Of a DNA stretch of 64,000 nt, positions 53,202 to 64,000 are shown piece by piece. The stretch comes from Octopus vulgaris. Its lineage: Eukaryota. The notes under the pieces were generated by a model. The model was not told the DNA's origin, made no database searches, and was given only the letters and a program-made list of their open reading frames with translations. The stretch lies in assembly GCA_951406725.2 (NCBI GenBank), contig OX597817.1:170500001-170564000 (forward strand), in the 5' to 3' direction. How positions within the stretch are numbered: position 1 is the stretch's first letter; every line of letters starts with the position of its first letter. The translations under genes were made by a program, and so were the position numbers.

Positions 53202-53394
53202 CATTAATATGCGTGCTGACGTTCCTCTCTGTAGCGATCCCAAAACTTCAGAGTCAATTTACTACAGTGTGAAGTCTAGTTGTGAATTCTATGTCTTCAT
53301 TGGAGTGATGGCCTTCCTCTACTGTCTGGCTGCGTTGGTCATCTATATCTACTTTGATGAAGTCTATCGTAAAAACACCAGGCTGACCATCATC
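53202..53394 (+). CDS. SYP: Synaptophysin/synaptoporin-like, coding exon (loop 1 and TM2)
   Basis: ttgcag|C+INMRADVPLCSDPKTSESIYYSVKSSCEFYVFIGVMAFLYCLAALVIYIYFDEVYRKNTRLTII|gtaagt; SSxEFYV-GV-AFLY motif. Confidence 0.95.
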
Positions 53395-53443
53395 GTAAGT
53401 ATTCACTTTATTACAATCAGTCTAGTAAATGTTGTAACAATAT

Positions 53444-55085
53444 TCAAAGAAAGAATCATTAGGGTTTTGGGGGGAAAAAAATGTCTTTCAGCTTTTCACA
53501 CCCCATCAAGGCCCAAAGAAAGAATCATTAGGGTTTCGGAAAAAAATGTCTTTCAGCTTTTCACACCCCATCAAGGCCCAAAGAAAGAATCATTAGGGTT
53601 TTGGGAAAAAAAATGTCTTTCAGCTTTTCACACCCCATCAAGGCCCAAAGAAAGAATCTTTAGGGTTTTGGGAAAAAAAATGTCTTTCAGCTTTTCACAC
53701 CCCATCAAGGCCCAAAGAAAGAATCATTAGGGTTTTGCCCAAAGAAAGAATCATTAAGGTTTGGGGGGAAAAAATGTCTTTCAGCTTTTCACACCCCATC
53801 AAGGCCCAAAGAAAGAATCATTAGGGTTTTGGGAAAAAAATGTCTTTCAGCTTTTCACACCCCCATCAAGGCCCAGAGAAAGAATCATTTGGGTTTTGGG
53901 GAAAAAAATGTCTTTCAGCTTTTCACACCCCATCAAGGCCCAAAGAAAGAATCATTAGGGTTTTGGGAAAAAAAATGTCTTTCAGCTTTTCACACCCCCA
54001 TCAAGGCCCAGAGAAAGAATCATTAGGGTTTTGGGGAAAAAAATGTCTTTCAGCTTTTCACACCCCCATCAAGGCCCAAAGAAAGAATCATTAGGGTTTT
54101 TGGGAAAAAAATGTCTTTCAGCTTTTCACACCCCATCAAGACCCAAAGAAAGAATCATTAGGGTTTTGGGGAAAAAAATGTCTTTCAGCTTTTCACACCC
54201 CCATCAAGGCCCAAAGAAAGAATCATTAGGGTTTTGGGGAAAAAAATGTCTTTCAGCTTTTCACACCCCATCAAGACCCAAAGAAAGAATCATTAGGGTT
54301 TTGGGGAAAAAAATGTCTTTCAGCTCTTCACACCCCCATCAAGGCCCAAAGAAAGAATCATTAGGGTTTTGGGGAAAAAAATGTCTTTCAGCTTTTCACA
54401 CCCCCATCAAGGCCCAAAGAAAGAATCATTAAGGTTTTGGGAAAAAAATGTCTTTCAGCTTTTCACACTCCATCAAGGCCCAAAGAAAGAATCATTTGGG
54501 TTTTAGGGAAAAAAATGTCTTTCAGCTTTTCACACCCCCATCAAGGCCCAAAGAAAGAATCATTAGGGTTTTGGGAAAAAAAATGTCTTTCAGCTTTTCA
54601 CACCCCCATCAAGGCTCAAAGAAAGAATCATTAAGGTTTTAGGAAAAAAAATGTCTTTCAGCTTTTCACACCCCATCAAGGCCCAAAGAAAGAATCATTA
54701 GGGTTTTGGGAAAAAAAATGTCTTTCAGCTTTTCACACCCCATCAAGACCCAAAGAAAGAATCATTAGGGTTTTGGGAAAAAAAATGTCTTTCAGCTCTT
54801 CACACCCCCATCGAGGCCCAAAGAAAGAATCATTAGGGTTTTGGGGAAAAAAATGTCTTTCAGCTTTTCACACCCCATCAAGGGCCAAAGAAAGAATCAT
54901 TAAGGTTTTGGGGAAAAAATGTCTTTCAGCTTTTCACACCCCCATCAAGGCCCAAAGAAAGAATCATTAGGGTTTTTGGGAAAAAAATGTCTTTCAGCTT
55001 TTCACATCCCATCAAGGCCCAAAGAAAGAATCATTAGGGTTTTGGGAAAAAAATGTCTTTCAGCTTTTCACACCCCCATCAAGGC
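53444..55085. repeat. About 68-bp minisatellite, about 24 copies
   Basis: Unit CAAAGAAAGAATCATTAGGGTTTTGGGAAAAAAAATGTCTTTCAGCTTTTCACACCCCCATCAAGGCC, varying mainly in homopolymer length. Confidence 0.97.
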
Positions 55086-56311
55086 AAACTTTGTCTTCTG
55101 TCCTTTCAGAGTCGATAAAATAAGGTACCAGTTGAGTACTGGGTTGTAGTAATCAACTTAACCCCCCCTCCCCCCCCTGAAATTGCTGGCCTTGTGCCAA
55201 AATTCAAAACAGTTATTGTTGTTATTATTATTTCATGAAAACTCTCAGTTTATTCTGCTGAGTATGATGGAAAGTGTCAGCTGCCCGCAGCCGGCAGACT
55301 AAGGTGACACTTGTTTACTGGTCATGCTTCAAGAAGCCTGTGGGGAACTCTTGCAGTCCCAAGCAACGATGATGTTTGCAAGTGTTCTATCTTTACATTT
55401 GTACCAATCTTTTTGAGCCACATTGGTAGATGGGTACTGATACTCATTTGTTCTGGTCTTTTTGAGCCATGTTCATTTGTTCGGATCTTTCTGAGCCATC
55501 ATCATCATCATCATCATCATCAGGGTGGTTAGCTGGCAGCATTTTATCCATCTCTATGTTCTGAGTTCAAATATTGCAGAGGTGAAATTTACTTTGCATT
55601 CTTTTGAGAGTTGATAAAGTAAAGTACCAGCCAGATACTGGGGTTGATGTAATTGACTGACTCCCTCTCCCTAAAATTCCTAGCCTTGTGCCTATAGTAG
55701 AAAGGATCACTCTTTCTGTTATTAAGGCTGCAAGCTGACAGAGTCATTAGTGTATCAGACCAAATACTTAGCAATTTTTCTTCCAGCTTTTGACATTCTA
55801 AGTTCAAATCCCGCCATGGCTAACTTTGCCTTCCATCCTTTTGGGATCGCTAAAATAAAGTACTGGAATCAATGTAACCTCTCATCAGAATATCGGGCCT
55901 TATGCCAAAAATTTAAACCAGAGACTTTGTGAACCATATCCAAATGAAGGCCACCCAATGGATTGGCATGAAACCACTATCACTGTTCAGCCTTTTATCC
56001 ACAGATATACTGTGTCCTCTCTCTGCCTTTTCTACCACTACTCTAGTAGCATCTGCTTTTCAGCACTGCTTGACTTTGTGTTACTTCCACTCAAGCACTT
56101 CTCACTCACTTGTCTCTCATCTTCCTTATCGTGCACACCCCCAGCCCTCAGGCTCTGCACCCACATGCCTATTACTTCCTCTCCAGATCATCAGTCCCCT
56201 GGAATTACCTCCTTTCATGTGTTTTCCTGCAACCATCATGTTGCAGATGTTTAATGACAAATGTTGACCATGTCAATCTCACTGATCTTAGAGTTTACTG
56301 TTTACAGTATA

Positions 56312-56928
56312 CTAGCAGTATTGCCCGGCTCAGCGGGGATTTCGGGAGAGTTTCAAGGAGTCGCTTGCGATGTATCTTGATGATCAAAAATCCGGCCTGC
56401 TAAAATTTGGTTAAAGTGATTTAAACTGCAGACTCAACGCAAAATGGTCATATTTAATTCAAAGCATTAAAAATGTTATGAAAACAATTGGTATGTGTTC
56501 ACAAAGTCCAAACGATTAATACAAAAAAACCCTCCAGGCTACATCCCAAAAATTCATTTCTTTGCCGAATTTCTACAATGTTTACGGCGATTCGTTTTTA
56601 TATCTTGATTTTTTTTATTTTTCATGCAATTTACGCATGCTTGCACGCGTGGTGGACGCAGTTCACGTCAAACAGCTGACTGAGTAAAGTTCACTATTCA
56701 ATGCATGGGATAAGGCCTAAACAAACACATTATCGATTTTTGCACTTGCGAGATGAATTTCGGAACAGAAATAGCACAGTTCAATTTTCATTCGCCTAAA
56801 CTTTAAGTGACCCATTTTTGGTGGTTCTACGATTTGTTGGCTAGGAGGAGATGTGCCGGGAAGTTAAACACACAGACACACACACAGATACACACACAGA
56901 CACACAAGTTGAATTTTATATATATAGA
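56312..56928 (-). mobile_element. Non-autonomous Helitron-like element
   Basis: Minus strand A|TCTATATATATAAAATTCAAC(TG-rich)...CCGGGCAATACTGCTAG|T; termini resemble 20806-21204, interior differs. Confidence 0.72.
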
Positions 56929-56976
56929 TATTTCATGTTAACTGTACATGATACATTTATCAAATCTGTTTACTGT

Positions 56977-57305
56977 GAAGGTACATGGCTCAGTGGTTAG
57001 AGCATCAAGCTTACAATTTTGAGGTTGTGAGTTCGATTCCTGGATCAAGCTGTGTTGTGTTCTTGAACAAGACACTTTATTTCACATTGCTCCAGTTTGC
57101 TTAGCTGCAGAAATGAATTGTGATGTTACTGGTACTAAGCTGTATCAGCCTTTGCCTCTCCCTCGGATAATATTGGTGGCACGGTGAGGGAAGGCTGGTA
57201 AGCATGGGCGACCACTGGTCTTCTACAAACAATCTTGCTCGAACTTGTAAAGAGAACTTTCACGGTGCAATCCCATGGTCATTTATCACCAAAGAGGGTT
57301 TTTTA
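56977..57305 (+). mobile_element. tRNA-derived SINE, family D
   Basis: A box TGGCTCAGTGG, B box GAGTTCGATTCC; 5'-truncated copy at about 39678-39957 and a related head at about 13478-13715. Confidence 0.8.
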
Positions 57306-58528
57306 CTATGCATGTTATATACTTACATGTTTGTAATAAATATTACTTGTTATGGTACATTTATCAAATGTGTTTACTGTACATATTATGTTTTCATTAA
57401 CACAAATACAAAACTACAACTTTAAGTCTAACACACTAAAACAACAACAGCTGTCTTTAATCTAACACACTTGAATGCATAACCACAGTGTGTAGTTTTA
57501 TCTACTCTTTACTTTTTTACTTGTTTCAGTCATTTGACTGTGGCCATGCTGGAGCACCACCTTTAGTTGAGCAAATAGACCCCAGGTCTTATTCTTTGTA
57601 AGCCTAGTACTTATTCTATCGGTCTCTTTTGCCGAACCGCTAAGTTATGGGGACGTAAACACAGCAGCATTGGTTGTCAAGCGATGTTGGGAGGAGGACA
57701 AACACAAACACACACATACACATACATATTTATATATATATATATATATATATATAACGGACTTCTTTCAGTTTCCGTCTACCATATCCACTCACAAGGC
57801 TTTGGTTGGTCCGAGGTTATAGTAGAAGACACTTGCCCAAGGTGCCATGCAGTGGGACTGAACCCGGAACAATGTGGTTGGTAAGCAAGCTACTTACCAC
57901 ACAGCCACTCCTGCACCTATACACTTCTATAATCTTTAGTCCAACATGTTATTATAAATAACTACAATCACTAGTTTAAACCAGTCATAGCCAGCCTGAA
58001 TATTCTCCCAGTTTTGAGTTCAAACCAGCCACATGTGACCTCTTATATCTCCCTTCCAATGTCATTCTAAAAGTAAGCAATTACATCATTTGAAATCTTA
58101 ACCCTTTAGTGTTCAGATTATTCTATCAAACATAATGCCTATTGATTCACATTGATTTGAATTAATCATGCATTATCTCATATCTTCAAGATCTTGATGG
58201 TGTAATTACCTAATGTAGAATAACATTGTAGGGTAGGTGTGAGAGCCTGGATCTGGTCAGTTTGAACATAAAACAGATTAGCTATTTTGGTGGGTATGGC
58301 CGGTTTAAATACTAAAGGGTTAACCTCTTAACATACACATTTTTTATTCAGTTTCCATGCAATAAATATCATATTTTTTTAATTATGTATTTTGAATCAT
58401 TTTGGATTAGTTATGATCTGTTATGAAGTTACTGTTAGAAATGGTTGTTGCCAATAGTTAACGATAGAAAATGAGAATAACATCATGAATGAAGTATTTC
58501 TACCTTGTCTTTTCCTTTCACACCACAG

Positions 58529-58711
58529 GACTTTGTCACAACTGCTGTCTTTGCATTGATGTGGCTCATTTCTTCTTCTGCCTGGGCCCAGGGTGTTTCT
58601 GATCTCAAGTACTATTCAGACCCAGCGGATGCGTTATTTCAGAAATTGAATTGTGACAAAAACTGTATAAAAGGACCAGATGCGAACTTTTCAACCCTGG
58701 ATGTCTCAATT
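58529..58711 (+). CDS. SYP: Synaptophysin/synaptoporin-like, coding exon (TM3 and luminal loop 2)
   Basis: ccacag|DFVTTAVFALMWLISSSAWAQGVSDLKYYSDP...ANFSTLDVSI|gtaaga; phase 0/0; DF--T-VF--MWL-SSSAWA-G-SD-K motif. Confidence 0.96.
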
Positions 58712-58780
58712 GTAAGAAACATTTTGCTTGTTTTCACATTACTTATCAACTAATTTCATACATCCCTGATATCCTTATAC

Positions 58781-59449
58781 ATACACACTATTTTGTGCAT
58801 ATACTCTTATACACACTATTTTGTGCATATACTCTTATACACACTATTTTGTGCATATACTCTTATACACACTATTTTGTGCATATACTCTTATACACAG
58901 TATTGTGTGCATACCGTAAATCCTCGTGTATAATCCGCACTTTTCCCCCAAAATTTAAAGGTCAAAATTCCTAGTGCATACTATATACGAAGTTAAAAAT
59001 TATTTTCTAAGCAATGTCCGAGTCTCTATTTGCTGTCCGGCAATGTTTATTCAGACGCATTTTGTGATGCCGGGCGCAAAAATACTTTAAGCTAAGCCTG
59101 AAAGCAATGAAGTCATAAAAGAACCATCCATAACTTGCAGGAAGCAACATTTATTAAACGTTATTCCTGTTATTTCTTTATTTTCTGCAAACAGAATGCA
59201 CAAAAAAGCTACACGTTTGCATTATGTTATATATACAATAATAATAAAGGACATTACCGTATACATTTTTACAAGCCAAGGACGTTATATTGACCTCCTT
59301 GACTCAAGTTGGAGAAGGGGTGCGTATTATACACAAGGTTTAGGTTTTTCAGAGGTACAGCCCCCTAAAAATCACCTGCATATTATACTCAAGGGCAGAC
59401 TATACTCGAGGATTTACGGTATACTCTTATACGCACTATTGTGTGCATA
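58781..59449. repeat. 28-bp minisatellite split by a MITE
   Basis: Unit ATACTCTTATACACACTATTTTGTGCAT, about 5 copies on the left and 1 on the right. Confidence 0.85.
58914..59419. mobile_element. Tc1/mariner-pogo superfamily MITE
   Basis: TA|CCGTAAATCCTCGTGTATA ... TATACTCGAGGATTTACGG|TA; the uninterrupted 28-bp units confirm the TA duplication. Confidence 0.88.
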
Positions 59450-60868
59450 TATATCCATACATATACTTCTATACACCCATTCATTCTCACATACATAGAC
59501 AATCTCACCCACATATGTATACACGTGCCATCAAACTGACACATGCACACCATTAAACTGACACACACACACACACACCATCAAACTGACATGCACACAC
59601 ACACACACACACAAAGTATTTGTTTTTGCATGCTCTTCTACCTGTGTGTTTACGTACCATCACTAATACTTCTACGCACACACCACTGTGCATCATCACA
59701 AACCAAATATATTCACACCAATAACACAACCGTTTGCTTCACACTGTATATCAATACACCATTGCTTTCAGACATACACATGGTCACTAGCTTTTCTAGA
59801 AATAGCAGCCAGGTTTCTCTCAACTAACACCCGACTGTCCTAAATAAAGAAGCATACAATGGATACTGCTGTCACTGACACACATAAAGATGGCATGGTC
59901 ATGGCTGGAGCATCTTTGATCATAACTCAATTGATTCAAGGTGGACTTATGACTAAAGAACAACAGCAACACACATGCACATGCAGACTGCCAATGCTGA
60001 AGCAGAAACTGCTTTTGTTATCTGATACAAGTAACCCCTCGTTTGTGCTAATTGGTGTATGGTGTTATTTGAATTATCTGGGAGGAATTTTTAAATGTTA
60101 CTTTTCATTTTTCTGGAGGTCATTAAATAAATAAAGGGCTAGTCAGGTCTTAGAGTCTATTATTCTCCCTCACTCATCCCCATAGGATATCAATTCAACA
60201 GGGAAACATCTTGGTGAAGTGATTGATGTGGGATTTGCAGTGTAAAATTAGAGCTGGTTGTGTCCTGGTAGCTGTGGTATGTTCTACACTGTTTATTTGT
60301 TTAAAGGAGCAAGAATTCTGTTGTGTTCATCATCATCATCGTTTAACATCCACTTTCCATGCTAGCATGGGTTGGATGATTTGACTGAGGGCTGACGAAC
60401 CAGATGGCTGCACCAGACTCCAATCTTGATCTGGCAGAGTTTCTACAGCTAGATGCCCTTCTTAACGCCAACCACTCTGAGAGTGTAGTGGGTGCTTTTA
60501 CATGTCTCCGGCACGGGGGCCAGTCAAGCGGTACTGGCAACGACCTCACTCAAATGTTCTTACACGTGCCACCGGCACGAGTGGAAATAAGGCAATGCTG
60601 GTTGCAATCACACTTGAATGGTGCCTTTTATGTGCCACCAGCACGGAAGCTAGTTAGTCCGCTCTGGCAACGATCACGCTCGGATGGTGCTCTTAACACC
60701 CTACTAGCATGGGGCTCGAGTGCCAGTAAGGTGACGCTGGTAACGATCACGCTTGTTATAAAAAGAAAACAGGAGGAATCAGATCTGTATGGTGCAAATG
60801 GTTGTATTCACTTTGTAATTCAGTAATAATTTTATGAAATGTAATTCTCTAGTTTTAATTTTTACTGA

Positions 60869-61036
<168 letters not shown>

Positions 61037-63620
61037 AAAAATAAAAAGTGGTACAGGACAGGGACATTGCTGTATTAGTCAGTCATATGTCACCTTGCTA
61101 TTGTTATCATTCAGTAGATGAGAAAGATGCAGATAGAAAGAACAGCATATGATGTGCATTGTATAATATTTTGAGGATGTAACGTTAATTTTCTCTAGGA
61201 AGAGAGTGTTAAGTAAGTCAGCAATGGTCAACCATAATTTAATGTCGATCTGGTTCTAATTCCTAACACCAAGCAGCAGATATGACTGACCGAGTGACTG
61301 CGTGTACGCACGTGTGTTTATGTGTGTGCGTGTGATTATGTGTGTACACTCAGCAACCAGTTTGTTACACATGTAATACCTAACATAGTTGGATACTAAG
61401 TGTATATATGAGTATGTATGTGTGTGTGTATATGACAAGTTAAAGGTGTGTTGAGTCTTGTTGCTACATCTTGAGACAACACATTCAAAAGGTAAGAGTG
61501 AAAGTTGCTGCCACATCTCTGATGACCTTCCTTCATGTGTCTTGTGCTTTATTCTGCTCTATTCAGATGTTTGGAGAAAAGATTCAATACTATAGCATAC
61601 TTTCCCTATATGGGACATTGCTTCCATATGATACATGCAATCTGTGTGAGACTGAATCATTGCATGAATGTCTATATGTGTATATCTGTGCATCACTGTT
61701 AGTGAGTATGTGCATATGCGTGTGTGAAAGATTTTTCGTTTTCCAATTCACTTTGAGATTATGAGAATTTACATAGTTTGAGCAGGTTGAACCCAAATTT
61801 TATTTCAACCCAAATTAATTATAAAACCCACCCCCTCCTAAGGCTCTGGTTCAATTTTAGCCTAGCAGTTTCTTGATAATAATTTAGTAGATGTTTGTTG
61901 CATAATAAACAGATTCCAAATATTTAGATTTAATGGAGTAATTAACCATTAAAGTTTGTTTTATTTTCATTTTTATTTTTTGTGCGTGAATCCTAAAAAA
62001 AACCCAAAAAAATGAGGGATGTCATTTTTTTTTTTTTAAATCAATTATATATTGCGACAGTGAGAAGATGGCAACATGTTTTTAATGATAGCTTGTCAGG
62101 TTAAACCTTGAACTAGTGATGTGTTTCAATCAGCAGTTCAAGTATTAAGTAGAATATAACTTCACCATACAGAAGTAGAATAAAACTTCTATCATGGGCC
62201 TTAGTTTAGTTGTAGTCAGGTAACTTCCTCACCAGTAGCCTCTTTGTTTACCATGTTAAATCTTCATGGTCTCCAACTAGATAGCAGGAGGTCATCTTCA
62301 TATTTTCTTAATACTGCATTATATTATCTCTAATCGGAGAGTGATCAACAATTTCTCATGTGATCAGTGCCTCGATTGATTATTTCTTTTATTTACCTAC
62401 AATTTACAGAAGGGCATCTAAAAAAAAAAATGTGCTCCCATTTCTGTTCAATTATCTTGAAAGTTCTTTAGTTACTCTCTTGACATGCCAGAAAATCTAA
62501 TATTTTCTATAAAAGAAAAGCAATTTTTTTTTTCTTGTTTTAACTGAGAAGCAATCAAGTGAAAATTGTTTGATGATTTTTACATTTCTAACAACATGGC
62601 ATTGTTTTCCTTTTATTGTTTTGGTTTTTCCTTTCTTTTTTCTTTTTTAAAATTTTTAGCAAAGCTGTATTTTTCTACTTACTTGATGAAAACTGTTTCA
62701 CTTTTTTATAAGTCAATTTTTATATTTAGCAGTTAAACATTTCTTTCCCTTTTCTGCAGCTTTCCACTTTTCAAAAATTTATGACAGATGAAAACTACTT
62801 CCTGTTCAATTAAACTGTCATCTGTTTTGTTTTTGTTTTATTATTGTACAATAAAAAAAAGTCGCTTTTTGGATGAAAATGTTTATTTTTTTTTTAGTTT
62901 AACACTATCTTTATTTTTTTTTTATTTGACTGTTTATTTATGGTAATCTTCGATTATCTGTTATTTTATGTTTTAAATACAACTCTACTGGAGTATGGCT
63001 CAACTGAATGTGACTGAACCAAGCACTCAGTATTTTTAGCATGCTTAATATTCTCATAGTTTTCTATATAAATTTTAATTTCTTTTTGTATTAATCCAAG
63101 GTTTGTACAGAGAATGTTTGTTTAAACAAAAGTATTGGGGTGGCTATAAAGACTGTATGAAAGAGAATTTCCTTGCGACTTTTGGAAATTGGAATTCTCA
63201 TTTATATAAAATGTTATGTCTACAACCACACACTGTTTAAACATATATCTGAATAAATGTTAATTAAGAAAGAGTTTAATGATTAGAAAATATCCTTTTG
63301 CTTATATAGGTTATTTTAGTTATCCAGTCATGTATGCCTATCTTTTGTGATAGCAAGACTTAATTGTAGTTACTTTTACCTAATTTCCTACCAAACTGCC
63401 ATAAAGTCACCAGGTAGATTAATCCACTGCCAGGAATTCTTTAAAGCATGAAGTTAGTCAATATTTTCAGTTCAATAATTGATTATATTTACCTAAAACT
63501 ATAGCTCATTAGCATGGTCAAGATAAATCTTGGTCTTCAAACCGCCTTTAAATTTGGCTTATTTCAGCTCTTGTTAATAAAACATTGCTTACTTCTCAAT
63601 AAAATAGATGAGTGCAGTGA
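61037..63620 (+). other. Candidate long 3' UTR with several poly(A) signals
   Basis: No recognisable SINE or MITE; U-rich and UG-rich tracts; AATAAA at 62179, 62850, 63252, 63576 and 63598. True end unknown. Confidence 0.55.
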
Positions 63621-64000
63621 AGCATTTGCGAATGCTCAATATTGCTGTTAGTGTTATTATGTTGATATTCTTTAGCATTACTATTAATACAAACTATTTT
63701 TATTGTCTTGAAAACCCTGGTTTCCTCTCTATTGAGAATAGTTCAAAAAAGATATGCTTCCCACTCTTTTATGATTTAAAATTTGTTTCCTAAAATCTTG
63801 AACTGATCAGATCTTTCAAACTTCTTGGGTTTGGGTTTTTCATCTATTGCTCTCTTCTATCACTTTTAAGAGGGCCTCCACAGGCGTCAGATCAGTCTCT
63901 ACTTTCAGCCAATAGTTGACAATATTCCCTGTATTGATAATATCTTATGAAGATAGTAAATGATGGCCTAAACATTTATACTTTTCCCTAACTATTTTCA

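Noticed and set aside
53395-53730. C-terminal extension of the 173-aa ORF at 53209
   Set aside because: Read-through past the GTAAGT donor at 53395 into the minisatellite; homology continues at 58529.
53444-55085. CRISPR-like or telomeric array
   Set aside because: No unique spacers, eukaryotic context, and TTAGGG occurs singly per unit rather than in tandem.

Overview
Eukaryotic, AT-rich, repeat-dense genomic DNA; the SINE and microsatellite make-up suggests an octopus genome (inference). The only host gene is a + strand synaptophysin/synaptoporin-family gene. Its last four coding exons (48501-48619, 53202-53394, 58529-58711, 60899-61036) splice in frame through GT-AG introns and are followed by a repeat-poor candidate 3' UTR. 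Its first exon(s) were not found, so 1-48500 is probably one large intron. The rest is nested mobile DNA: several tRNA-derived SINE families, piggyBac-type (TTAA) and Tc1/mariner MITEs, a DD37D (maT) transposase remnant, non-autonomous Helitron-like elements, a decayed Gypsy element, RTE and R4/Dong-type LINE 3' ends, minisatellites and two local duplications. The most notable signal is a set of five different short insertions that each carry a minimal type I hammerhead-ribozyme motif with a loopless palindromic stem III, the dimeric form known from Penelope-like elements. They include U3-A8 and A3-U8 compensatory core variants, and one is fused to a tRNA-derived Pol III head. Nearly all entries in the ORF track are repeat artefacts. 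All calls were made by eye and most repeat boundaries are approximate.
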